Shown here: positions 1 through 9,240 of the stretch, piece after piece | How the letters are laid out: the number at the start of each line of letters is the position of its first letter | How positions within the stretch are numbered: position 1 is the first letter of the stretch | From: an uncultured archaeon | Lineage (GTDB): Archaea > Thermoproteota > EX4484-205 > JAAOZP01 | Direction of reading: 5' to 3' | Length of the DNA stretch: 64,000 bases | Assembly: GCA_938045545.1 (NCBI GenBank) | Contig: CALIBN010000024.1 | Location: forward strand, 1 to 64,000 | Position numbers and translations under genes: made by a program | The notes under the pieces: generated by a model | Told to the model about the DNA's origin: nothing | The model's database searches: none | What the model saw: the letters and a program-made list of their open reading frames with translations, nothing else

Positions 1-147
1 AACAGACGGGCAGTATAAGACATTCCGACGATACTCGGATGGCACACTGATGGAATACGGATGCCACTCGGCCGCCTTTTTATATGTAGAAAGAGCGTTG
101 CAACGAAGTAGAACATTTCTACCCCCCAAACGTTAAAAATAAGGCTT
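1..147. promoter_or_regulatory. Bidirectional promoter block homologous to 21713-21862 (TATA-like box, 11-bp array, TATA-like box, CGTTGCAACG palindrome)
   Basis: Colinear similarity to 21713-21862: aacagacggg/aacagatggg, the array, gccgcctttt, cgttgcaacg (96-105 and 21811-21820), catttctacc, gttaaaa. Confidence 0.8.
27..70 (+). repeat. 4 x 11-bp tandem repeat array A (consensus about GATGDMAYWCG)
   Basis: Units gacgatactcg, gatggcacact, gatggaatacg, gatgccactcg read directly. Confidence 0.9.
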
Positions 148-167
148 AAAACTGTTTTTCAAGCAGG

Positions 168-1445
168 ATGGCTGAGGAGCAGTTCTTCCAGATGTTCCTA
201 AGCGGGTTGCGTGAATCAATAAGCAGGCTGAGCCCGCTAAGCTTCAACTCGTCGCCTTTCAAAGCTTCCTATCTTTCAAAATGGTACCCCTATGATGAAA
301 CGTGTGAGCCGGATGGGGCCGTGGCTGCTTGCGATGGGAGCATCAGCGAGTCAAGCTTCTCCGGAGGCCTGGTTGTCTGGGTTGCTAGATCCGTTGCACA
401 TGTTTACTTAAAGGAGGGAGAGCCGATCAGCCTTCTGGAGGCTGGGGTGGAAGCGGGCTATAGGCTTCAGGGCAGAGGGCTGTTTCTAAGGGCCCTGGAG
501 CTTAGAACGTTGAGGCTGGCTTTAGAAAAAGCCTCCCAGTTGTACGGGAGGGTCTTCGGCATTTTCGACGGAAGCTTCTACCTTACTTTTCTACACCACA
601 GGGACCGCTTAAGGGCTTTTTCAAGGGTTTTTGAGAATTACGTTAGGGAGCTGACTCTTCTCCTAAGGCTTGTCGACGAGGAAAAGATGGCCGTGGGTGT
701 TTCTAAGGACAGCGACATCAGTTATCTCAGGGCTAAGATAATGATTGATATTCTGCACAGCATGGATCCTGAGATTGCTGCTGAAGCAAGGGGGAGAAGC
801 ATAAGGAGGATTAGGGAAGTGTTGGGAGAGAAGGTTAAGGGACTGCCTCCGGGTTCAATGTTGAAAACCTGTTTTGAAGAGTTGGAGCAGGATTTTTCAG
901 ATGAAGGGGTTTACAGCGAGATAGCCCCCAGCCCAGGTTTCACGAAGCCTCTTCTTCTAGCGCCGCAGACGATTTTCCTAACCGGGGAGGCTAAGTCAAC
1001 CAGCTGGTGGGACTCAGGGTTCAGGGCGCGTCTAAAGCGTGATGAAGAGTTAAAAGGGGTTCTCGAGGCGCTTGACGACTATTTTTCAAACCCTCCGGTG
1101 GCGTTAACATACTGGATGCCGAGTATGGGCTCCAAAGTATACAGGGTCGACGTGCCTTCAAGCATCCTCGGTTACACTGGCCAGGGTGGAAGTCTTTCAG
1201 GAGACTTTTTCATAGGCGATTCGGGCGTTGAAAAGGCGAAAAAGATATTCTGCGTATTAAATAGGCTGCAGAAAGAGCCTCATGTAGTGCACCCTCTCGC
1301 TGAAGTGGACTCTATTGCCAGGCTCAGTAGGAGCATCTACAAGGATGCTTATGAGCCGGTTGTCGTCGAAGAGTTGAGGAGGAGAGGTTTTAAAGCAAGC
1401 CCTAGGAGGAGAAGCATTAGGGATGCTGTGTTGAGGGGATACTGA
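168..1445 (+). CDS. nurA: NurA-family 5'-3' nuclease
   Basis: ACDGS and IFDGS acidic motifs, GVSKDS; adjacent to herA-mre11-rad50. Confidence 0.8.
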   Translation: MAEEQFFQMFLSGLRESISRLSPLSFNSSPFKASYLSKWYPYDETCEPDGAVAACDGSISESSFSGGLVVWVARSVAHVYLKEGEPISLLEAGVEAGYRLQGRGLFLRALELRTLRLALEKASQLYGRVFGIFDGSFYLTFLHHRDRLRAFSRVFENYVRELTLLLRLVDEEKMAVGVSKDSDISYLRAKIMIDILHSMDPEIAAEARGRSIRRIREVLGEKVKGLPPGSMLKTCFEELEQDFSDEGVYSEIAPSPGFTKPLLLAPQTIFLTGEAKSTSWWDSGFRARLKRDEELKGVLEALDDYFSNPPVALTYWMPSMGSKVYRVDVPSSILGYTGQGGSLSGDFFIGDSGVEKAKKIFCVLNRLQKEPHVVHPLAEVDSIARLSRSIYKDAYEPVVVEELRRRGFKASPRRRSIRDAVLRGY

Positions 1446-3001
1446 TGGAGCCGCTTGGAAGAGTGATAGAGGAGTCCACCCCTTACGGTTTCGTTTTTAA
1501 AACAGGTATAGATAATCCAGTAGCCCTCCACGACTATGTTTTCGTCGAGGTGAATAATTTTGACGATGGAAGGCTGGAGAAGGTAAGGGTTTTAGCGGAG
1601 ATCGTCGGCCTGGCTTCTAAAAACCCCCTTGCGACGGAGAGGCTGGCTGCTGAGCAACAGGTGTCGCCATACTCGTACAAGCTGGTTTCAGCAGAGGTGG
1701 TGGGGTATCTTAAGGATGGGCGAATCATGAGGCCGAAGGTTGCTCCAGACCCTAACGCGCCTGTCTACAGGGCTGACGACGAGCTTCTTCAAACATTCTT
1801 CTCAGGAGTGAAGAGGAGGATACCCGTGTACGTAGCGATGCTCCTCAACAGGCCCATGGTTAAGGTACCGATACATCTTCAAGACCTTCAGTTTCATTTA
1901 GGAGTTTTCGCAGCTACTCGAGCGGGGAAATCATATTTCGCCGGCAGGCTGATCGAGGAGATTCTCGTGAACACGCCTTTCCCAGTAGTCGTCATAGATA
2001 TTCATGCGGACTACGTTATGATGGATAGGCTGGTTAAAGGCAACAGGCATGGCGAGTTCAACACCGTTGTCTACTATCCGCCTGGCGCTCCGAAAATAGG
2101 CGGGGTGACCGCTGAACAGAGGGAGCTCCAACTAAGCCCTGAGCAGCTGACATACGAGGCGATAATCGCGCTTCTTGGAACTACCCTGGGGGAGAGGCAG
2201 AAAATCGTTTTGAGAAACATCTTGAGGAGGCTTAAATCTGAGAAACGGCCTTTCGGTCTGGGGGACATAACCGACTTAATCAGGAACGAGCTGGAGGAAA
2301 CAGATAGCGATGGTAAGCCGGTGCTTAAGGGAGAGGGTAGAGCCAGGTATGAGAGTCTTCTCGCCCGGCTGGAAGACCTTGGGGAAGAGGTTTCGCTACC
2401 CCCGGCTGGGATGAGTATCTCCGAGCTGCTGGCTCCGAAGACGCTGAGCGTCATCTGTCTAAACGGGCTGCGTTCAAGGGTTCAAGACGCGTACGCCAGT
2501 ATAATTATAGACACCCTGTTCAGACACCAGGTTTCAAGTAAGAGCGACGAGAAGAACTTTACTCCCGTTTTCCTCTTCGTCGAGGAGGCTCACCGTATAG
2601 CTTCTGAGAAGAGCGGGGGTTATGCTGTCAGAACCATATCCACAGCTATAAGGGAGGGTGCCAAGTTCGGGCTCTTCATAACTCTGATAAGCCAGCGTCC
2701 GAGAAACATAGACCCAGACATATTGAGCAACGTCGGGAACTACGCGGTGATGAGAATAACCAACCAGCAGGATCAGAGCGTAATAGAGAATGCCAGTGAA
2801 AGCTTTTACCATAGGCTTATACAGGACCTTCCCGGGCTAAACCAGGGGGAGGCTGTGCTAGTCGGGCCTTTCGTACCTCTTCCGGCTCACGTGAGGACCC
2901 TGGACAGGAGGACGGTTCACCACGGTGTAACGCCTGAGCTCAGCAATATCATGGAAAGGATTAATGAGCAGCTTAGGCAGAGGGAAACGGGCAGGTGGTG
3001 A
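1445..3001 (+). CDS. herA: HerA helicase/translocase with N-terminal HAS barrel
   Basis: HAS-barrel-like N-terminus, Walker A AATRAGKS, IDIHADY, Walker B VEEAH, ISQRP. Confidence 0.85.
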   Translation: MEPLGRVIEESTPYGFVFKTGIDNPVALHDYVFVEVNNFDDGRLEKVRVLAEIVGLASKNPLATERLAAEQQVSPYSYKLVSAEVVGYLKDGRIMRPKVAPDPNAPVYRADDELLQTFFSGVKRRIPVYVAMLLNRPMVKVPIHLQDLQFHLGVFAATRAGKSYFAGRLIEEILVNTPFPVVVIDIHADYVMMDRLVKGNRHGEFNTVVYYPPGAPKIGGVTAEQRELQLSPEQLTYEAIIALLGTTLGERQKIVLRNILRRLKSEKRPFGLGDITDLIRNELEETDSDGKPVLKGEGRARYESLLARLEDLGEEVSLPPAGMSISELLAPKTLSVICLNGLRSRVQDAYASIIIDTLFRHQVSSKSDEKNFTPVFLFVEEAHRIASEKSGGYAVRTISTAIREGAKFGLFITLISQRPRNIDPDILSNVGNYAVMRITNQQDQSVIENASESFYHRLIQDLPGLNQGEAVLVGPFVPLPAHVRTLDRRTVHHGVTPELSNIMERINEQLRQRETGRW

Positions 3002-3007
3002 GACACG

Positions 3008-4267
3008 GTGAAGATAGGGGTTTTTGCCGACACCCACATAGGGAGAAACATACCTAGAGAAGTCGGCGAGCTTAGGAGAAACGCTTATCGCCACGCCTTC
3101 ACTCAGGCCATCGATATTTTCGTAAAGGAAAAAGTGGAATGCGCGATCCATTTGGGAGACCTTTTTGAGAAACGCAGCATGATGTCTGAGGACAGTGTTT
3201 TCGTCAAGGAGGAGTTGCAGCGCCTAGTCAACTCTATTCATGAGGAGCATGGTGGAGAAGTATCCGTATTCCTCATTAGGGGGAACCATGACGGTGCCCT
3301 TGACAACAATGCTCTGGATTTCGTTAAGCATCCTCTCGCAAAATATCTCAAGGTGGTGGGTGAGGCCGCTATCAGGGGGGAGGAGGAATCCTATTTTTTC
3401 AAAGGCATCCGGTTAATAGGACTACCTTACCATCCATACATATCGCGTGTTTTCAAGAACGTGAAAAACGTGATCCAGAGAGGGTTTAAGATGGAGGGAG
3501 AGATTAAGATTCTCGCGGTACACAACTTTATTCAGGGGTATCACGAGGTTCCTCCAGGAGTCCCATCGCATAACTGTCTTACACTTAGGGATTTTGACGA
3601 GCTTGGGGCCGATATGGTTTTAGCCGGCCACTATCATGGAAAGGTCAACCCGATGGAGAGTAACGGGACGCTTTTCCTAACGCCTGGCGCGACTGAGGCA
3701 GTCGACCTGTCTGACGAAGGCCCCTTCGGCGTCTACGTGCTGGACGGGGGACAAGTAAGGTTCCAGCCGTTAAAACCTCTGCATGAAATACGCAATGTCG
3801 AAGTGGATTCAAAAGGCGCTGTGAAACCCTGCGAATGGTTCGTCGAACAATCTGTTCGCGAAATAGATGCTTACTCCTCCGATCTTCAGGCTAGAGGTGT
3901 TGATGGGATGTTGCGCCTAGTTTTAAACGGGTACACCGAGAATGATCCCCGTAACATAGACATGGCTCTCCGGAAGGAGATCGCGAAGAAAACAGTCTCA
4001 ACAAGGTTGCTGCACGTTGGCTTGGTTAACCGTGTTGAAGACGTTAAGCAGAGAGCAGTCTTCTCCAGGCTTGGCAGCGGACTAGACTATGCGATGGAGA
4101 TTTTGAAATCGCTCGGGGAAACGTCGGGGGAAGCGATGAGGATCGTGGAGGAGCTGAGTATTACTCTCGATGAAAAGGCGAGTCAGAGAACGGGGCTTCT
4201 CACAGACTCAGATAGGAGCCGCTTCGTAAAACGCTGGGTTCAGATTTTAGAGAAGGCAGGTGGCTGA
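3008..4267 (+). CDS. mre11: Mre11/SbcD metallophosphoesterase nuclease
   Basis: Motifs DTHIG, GDLFE, GNHD, GHYH. Confidence 0.85.
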   Translation: MKIGVFADTHIGRNIPREVGELRRNAYRHAFTQAIDIFVKEKVECAIHLGDLFEKRSMMSEDSVFVKEELQRLVNSIHEEHGGEVSVFLIRGNHDGALDNNALDFVKHPLAKYLKVVGEAAIRGEEESYFFKGIRLIGLPYHPYISRVFKNVKNVIQRGFKMEGEIKILAVHNFIQGYHEVPPGVPSHNCLTLRDFDELGADMVLAGHYHGKVNPMESNGTLFLTPGATEAVDLSDEGPFGVYVLDGGQVRFQPLKPLHEIRNVEVDSKGAVKPCEWFVEQSVREIDAYSSDLQARGVDGMLRLVLNGYTENDPRNIDMALRKEIAKKTVSTRLLHVGLVNRVEDVKQRAVFSRLGSGLDYAMEILKSLGETSGEAMRIVEELSITLDEKASQRTGLLTDSDRSRFVKRWVQILEKAGG

Positions 4268-6260
4268 AATGAGTGGATTAATCGAAACGCTTAGGCTTAG
4301 AAACCTGGAGCGTTACAGGAATGTTCAGCTAGACTTCTCAGCTGGGCTTAACCTCATAAAAGGTAGGAATTCGACTGGTAAAACTACTCTGCTCAACGCA
4401 TTGACGTTCGCGCTTTTCGGCGAGGTGCCTGAGGCTAGGCCGAAGCTGCTGGTTTCAAAGCTGCCTGGCTCAGGGGAGATGAGCGTTTACGTAAGGTTCA
4501 GAAGCCCGGTGAGCGGCAAGGTTGTTGAAGTTGAGAGAAGGGGCAGTTTAGACAGGAACGGGGATTACAGGACATTGGAACGAATTCTCCGGATTGACGG
4601 TAAAAATGCGTCCTTCAGTAGCGAGGAGGACTTGAGGAGCATGATCACTGGACTTCTCGGGATGAGTTTAAGGAAGTTTATCAACCTGGTCTATGTTAGG
4701 CAAGGTAGGTTAACCGAGATACTGGAGCCTCAGAGGGAACAAATGGACTCAGTGATGGGAATAACGCTGTTAAGAGAGCTGCGTGAACAGCTGGACGGGG
4801 CGCGGAGAGAGCTGGAGAGGTTTAACGGGAAGGATGCTGCAACCGAGATTCAGAGTCTTGAGGAACGGGTGCCGGAGCTCGATTCAAGCCTGAGACAGAT
4901 CGACGAGGACATTTGCCGGTTGAATAGGGAGGTTCAGGAGCTTGAAAACCTTTTGAAGAAGGCGGAATCAAGCGAGTTAACAGAGCTTCTCAACTGTATC
5001 AAGAAGAGGGAGGAGGTTGAGGAGGAGCTGAAGAAGATTTCTTCAAGGAGTCGAGAGCTTCTGGAGCAAGCCGGTGTCTCTTCGATTGAAAAGTTGGAGG
5101 AGAAAATTAGTTCGAGTGAAAAGGAGCTGGAGGCACTGAAAGCAGCGAGAAATAGTTTGAGGAAGGAGCTTGATGCCTCCATGGAGGAATGGTTAAGCGT
5201 GAAGAGCCTTGTTGAAAACCTTGCGAAACAAGTAAGGGAGCGCGAGTCTCTTGCTGGAAGCGGGGCTTCTAAATGCCCCACGTGCGGCCAAGACCTGCAA
5301 CCCGCTGTGATCCAGAGAATTCTGGAGGAGGATCGCAGCTCATTAGCCAGGGCTAGCCTCGAGGAGGCTGAGGCGAGAAAGGTTTACGAGGTGAGAAGCG
5401 TCGAGCTTCAAAACCTTGTTGAAAAAATAAACGCTGTTGAAGGCGAATGCTCAAGGATGAAGACCCTGAGACACCGTCTGAAAGAATATTTGGACTCTGC
5501 TGAAACCCTCGTGAAAACAAGGGGTGAAACCATCGCTAAGGTAAAAGAGATACTAAAAGTCCTCGACCTGCCTTTCACCCCGGAGGATCCTGAACTGAAG
5601 CTGAAGCTGGCCCAGCAGCTCCCCCTTCAGCCGGAGGAGTTAGCCAGAAGAAGGGGTGAGCTTGCTGAGAAGAAGAATGTTTTAGAGAGGAAGATGAGTA
5701 TGAGGGCAGATATCAGCAGGAAACTGGAGGACTACAGTAGGCTGCTCAACCAGCTTAAAAGAAGGATGGAGAAGGCTGGTCTCGCACACAGGTTCTCCCA
5801 GCTCTTCGACCAGGCTGTTGAAACCAGGAGGAGAGAACTGATAAAACGCATAGAGTTCAGAGCATTAGAGTACTATAGGGCTATGACGGATCAGCATGTC
5901 TACGACGCTATAATCATAAACCCGGAGGACTATTCTGTTTCAGTGCATCCGAAAGGGTTGACAGACCCTATTCCCGCAACCAGAGTCGGAGGAGGACACC
6001 AGACTATTCTGGCTCTAGCCATACGTCTCGCCCTCCTCGATGCTCTTGGGCTGAATTCACTGCTGATACTTGACGAGCCCACTTACGGTGTTGACTCGGA
6101 AAACCTTCCGCAGGTTGCAAGCTACATAGGGGAAGCCTCTAAGCAACTCTCTCAAATGATACTTGTAACCCATCACAATATTTGCGAGGAAGAGGCTTCA
6201 AACATTATAGAAGTAAGTGTTCAAGAAGACGGTTCGTCTAAAGCAGAGATTAAAACATAG
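4260..6260 (+). CDS. rad50: Rad50/SbcC SMC-like ATPase (short, 666 aa)
   Basis: Walker A GRNSTGKT, Q-loop YVRQG, coiled coil with CPTC zinc hook, LILDEPT, VTH; ATG at 4269 is an alternative start. Confidence 0.85.
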   Translation: MAEMSGLIETLRLRNLERYRNVQLDFSAGLNLIKGRNSTGKTTLLNALTFALFGEVPEARPKLLVSKLPGSGEMSVYVRFRSPVSGKVVEVERRGSLDRNGDYRTLERILRIDGKNASFSSEEDLRSMITGLLGMSLRKFINLVYVRQGRLTEILEPQREQMDSVMGITLLRELREQLDGARRELERFNGKDAATEIQSLEERVPELDSSLRQIDEDICRLNREVQELENLLKKAESSELTELLNCIKKREEVEEELKKISSRSRELLEQAGVSSIEKLEEKISSSEKELEALKAARNSLRKELDASMEEWLSVKSLVENLAKQVRERESLAGSGASKCPTCGQDLQPAVIQRILEEDRSSLARASLEEAEARKVYEVRSVELQNLVEKINAVEGECSRMKTLRHRLKEYLDSAETLVKTRGETIAKVKEILKVLDLPFTPEDPELKLKLAQQLPLQPEELARRRGELAEKKNVLERKMSMRADISRKLEDYSRLLNQLKRRMEKAGLAHRFSQLFDQAVETRRRELIKRIEFRALEYYRAMTDQHVYDAIIINPEDYSVSVHPKGLTDPIPATRVGGGHQTILALAIRLALLDALGLNSLLILDEPTYGVDSENLPQVASYIGEASKQLSQMILVTHHNICEEEASNIIEVSVQEDGSSKAEIKT

Positions 6261-6363
6261 AATATGGAATTGCTGTTAAACGTTTAGCGTGCGCTCGCGT
6301 AATCCGGAGCATGAGATAAAACTTAATATTTCGGATTTTGCTACTGGTTACGGTTGGTTGAGC

Positions 6364-6843
6364 ATGAGGGTGTTGGTGACCTACTACTCTAAAACTGGAA
6401 ACACGGAAAGCATGGCGAGAGCCATAGCTGAGGGGGCTAAGGAGGTTAAAGGGGTCGTTGCCACGGTTAAGCGGGTTGAGGAAACCTCTTTGGAAGACCT
6501 GGTGGAATCGGACGTTATAATAGTTGGGTCTCCAACCTACTACGGGTTAATGGCGGCTCCTGTGAAAAGGCTTTTAGATGAAAGCGTTAAGATACACGGG
6601 AAGCTTGAAGGAAAGGTTGGGGGAGCCTTTACATCCTCAGGGGGGAGTGCAACGGGGGCTGAAACAACCATCATGTCGATACTGCAAGCCCTGCTTGTCC
6701 ACGGTATGATTATTCAGGGAGACGCAGAGGATAAGCACTACGGAGTTGCCTGCGTCGAGAAGCCTGGTGAAGAAGACTTGGAGCTATGTAGAAAAATGGG
6801 TAGGAGGCTTGCGGAGCTGGCTTCCCGCCTGGTTAAGGACTAG
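6364..6843 (+). CDS. Flavodoxin / WrbA-like NAD(P)H:quinone oxidoreductase
   Basis: YYSKTGNTE FMN loop, VGSPTYYG, AFTSSGG; start moved to ATG 6364. Confidence 0.85.
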   Translation: MRVLVTYYSKTGNTESMARAIAEGAKEVKGVVATVKRVEETSLEDLVESDVIIVGSPTYYGLMAAPVKRLLDESVKIHGKLEGKVGGAFTSSGGSATGAETTIMSILQALLVHGMIIQGDAEDKHYGVACVEKPGEEDLELCRKMGRRLAELASRLVKD

Positions 6844-7044
6844 CCCTGCTGGGCTCTTGACTTTCACGCCGCCAGCGTTTCCACAATTATTCTCGCGACT
6901 TCAAGCAGTATTCTACCCTCGTGTCGAACGCGTCCAGTAGGTCGCTATATACGTCAATCTAGCAGGCGCTTTAGAACATTAAGCAATTAAGCGTAAATCG
7001 GTAAAAGACTTATGACACTAGCCTTACGGCTGATTAAGACTTGG

Positions 7045-7593
7045 TCATTTCCCGGTTAATACTTCTTCCAGTATCCTTAACGTTTTGTCCTTCTCGGCTC
7101 CCATTTTAATTTTCTTCAAATCCACACTTGTGAATTTTAAGATTCCCTTAATGTCTTCAATATCCTTAATGGCTCTATTCTTAGGAATAGTCGCCTTAAT
7201 CATTCGTAGCTTTGCTAAGATTAATTCTTCGGGCTTCTGGAAAAACGTGTTTACGTTAGCGATTACACCCGGCCTCCTGCTAATCCTTTTTTCAGAAATT
7301 ATTACGTCAACACTGTAAGGAGTCCCTTCATCCCTAATAGTGAAAATCCTATAACCGGATTTAAGTGCACTGCTTAACGCCTTCTCATCGATCTTCAGCC
7401 TCGCTTTTCTCAATGCTGAGATGAGCATGTCCATATCCTTTTTATCGGAGACCCTTACGATAACATCGATATCTACAGTGGAACGAGGGACTCCATAGAA
7501 ACTGGCTGCTAAAGCACCGGTGAAGGCATATTCTAGCTTCGCATTTTCAAATGCGGTCACGAGCCTCCTAACTAGGTTTCTGAACGTCTTCAA
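7045..7593 (-). CDS. Nucleotidyltransferase-fold protein (AbiEii/DUF6036-like putative toxin)
   Basis: FTGALAASFYGVPRSTVDID motif, EELILAKL, KDIEDI. Confidence 0.7.
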   Translation of the reverse strand: MKTFRNLVRRLVTAFENAKLEYAFTGALAASFYGVPRSTVDIDVIVRVSDKKDMDMLISALRKARLKIDEKALSSALKSGYRIFTIRDEGTPYSVDVIISEKRISRRPGVIANVNTFFQKPEELILAKLRMIKATIPKNRAIKDIEDIKGILKFTSVDLKKIKMGAEKDKTLRILEEVLTGK

Positions 7594-7805
7594 ACGCTCT
7601 TAAACCCCCGTTTCCCTCCCCGATTTCTTTTCATCCATTCGACGCGTCTCCTGAGCTCTTCGAGCAAACGCTCCCCTTCAAGATTAGGATTCATTGCCTT
7701 GATTCCAGCAGCACAGATCTGCATGCATACGTCGCTTATATCTAGGGCCATTTCTACCTTCTGTTCAGGTTTAAGGTTACTCCACCGTTCTGCTCGCTTA
7801 CGCAA
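7590..7805 (-). CDS. Small helical partner (putative antitoxin) of the nucleotidyltransferase
   Basis: 4-nt overlap with downstream gene; LKPEQKVEMALDISD..AGIKAMNP pattern; TTG start at 7805 inferred from upstream TATA/RBS (ORF track starts at 7880). Confidence 0.55.
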   Translation of the reverse strand: MRKRAERWSNLKPEQKVEMALDISDVCMQICAAGIKAMNPNLEGERLLEELRRRVEWMKRNRGGKRGFKSV

Positions 7806-7996
7806 TACGCTGTACCCCGAATATCCAGTGTAGAACCACGTTATAAAAATTAGCGTGTGCTTTATAGCGCTTGAAATCATAACTCAATATGTCTAGGAGA
7901 CATGTTTCTCGTAGAGTTTGTAGAGGAAGAGAAGAATGGGCCTGTTAGCTACTGCTCGAAAGTCAGCGCGCTGGTTGTAAGATGTTGTTGGCGGAT

Positions 7997-8184
7997 TTAA
8001 GTATGTATCTTCGATGCTTGTTCTCCCCGCGTCCCCCAGTTGCTCCTCGGCACATCGTGAATTATTATGTTAAGCTATTCAGGTTTAACACCTATCTTCT
8101 CGAAGGCTCTCGTTATCCCTTTTATAAGCTTCTCCTTCTGCTCCTCGGAACGGCCCTCCCACATTTCAACTATAACCACCGGAT
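7997..8184 (-). pseudogene. 4-oxalocrotonate tautomerase family pseudogene
   Basis: Manual translation PVVIVEMWEGRSEEQKEKLIKGITRAFEKIGVKPE*LNIIIHDVPRSNWGTRG; start reads AT-CCG (lost G); in-frame TAG at 8075-8077. Confidence 0.8.
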
Positions 8185-8298
8185 CCTAACCACCCTTCAC
8201 CACTTGTTTGCAGCGTCATATTTAGGTTTTAGTCAACCGGCATGTTTAAAATTGACAGCCGGGTTTCTAAGAAGGATTCGGGTTGGTTGGGCAGCCGC

Positions 8299-9150
8299 CT
8301 ATCGCACTAAGACCGTAAGCACATAAGTGTACCTGGTTTCACTCCACTCAGCATATGGGAAAAAGGCTTCTAAAACATAGGTGCCCTCCTCGTCGAAAGC
8401 ATAGCTGTATTCGGCTTCGATGGTTCCGCCTGCTTTTAAAACCCTGTTTTGAACAACCTCTATACATAGTTTTTCAGGATCGTGGCCAACCGGGTACAGC
8501 TCGGTTCTCTCATCCCCCGGAGCCCGTAGACGTATTTTGAAATCCGGACTGCACGGCGTTGGGGAAGAATAGGTGAAATCCTCCTGCGCAGGGTTTAAAG
8601 CTACCGCAAGTATTTTCAACGTTTCACCCTTGTTGACAACCAGCTTATCCGTCTTCAAGTAGAAAACTATTTTCGAGTAGCCCATTGCGAAACTGTTCAA
8701 TTCCAGCAGCAGGCTGGTGAGGCTGTAGAGTTCTCCAGGCAATTCTCCACTAACATCCGTCCAATAATACGTTACTATCCTACTCTTGCCGTAAACAGTC
8801 AGGTTGTAAATGAAATAGTCCGCCCCGCCTCCAGGCTCAAGCTTTAAGCCATCCGGGTACGCTTCGAGAAGAGTCTTCATCCTTCGCAGCAATTCGTCGT
8901 TTGTTGAAATCGGTATTACTGAGGAGCCGCTCTTGTTCCTAGCAAGGTCGTTGAAAACGATGCTTCCATTCGAATAGTACTCGTATTTTTCACGCCTAGC
9001 CCAAAAACCGCCTGAAACCGTTAACTCCATCGTTTTCTCAGGCTTTCTTTGAAAACCGATTATAATGATTGTTGCAGCAGCCAGCATCACCAGTACCCAT
9101 TGAAAAACTTTAAGTTTCAACCCGTTCATAATGCTTACCCAACTATTCAA
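8299..9150 (-). CDS. Membrane-anchored/secreted hypothetical protein with a C-terminal Ig-like (BsuPI-like) domain
   Basis: N-terminal hydrophobic helix; beta-rich C-terminal half. Confidence 0.55.
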   Translation of the reverse strand: MNSWVSIMNGLKLKVFQWVLVMLAAATIIIIGFQRKPEKTMELTVSGGFWARREKYEYYSNGSIVFNDLARNKSGSSVIPISTNDELLRRMKTLLEAYPDGLKLEPGGGADYFIYNLTVYGKSRIVTYYWTDVSGELPGELYSLTSLLLELNSFAMGYSKIVFYLKTDKLVVNKGETLKILAVALNPAQEDFTYSSPTPCSPDFKIRLRAPGDERTELYPVGHDPEKLCIEVVQNRVLKAGGTIEAEYSYAFDEEGTYVLEAFFPYAEWSETRYTYVLTVLVR

Positions 9151-9240
9151 GGGTATATAATACTATTTTTTAGAACACTAGCCAGTTAAGCTGAACCGGC
9201 TAAAGACTTATTTCCCATCGTCTGATCGTAAATATTCGAA

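Noticed and set aside
8075-8077. Pyrrolysine or amber readthrough in the tautomerase gene
   Set aside because: The start codon is also broken and TAG serves as a normal stop in many genes in this window
7982-8326. 114-aa plus-strand ORF
   Set aside because: Antisense shadow of the tautomerase pseudogene with no recognisable motifs
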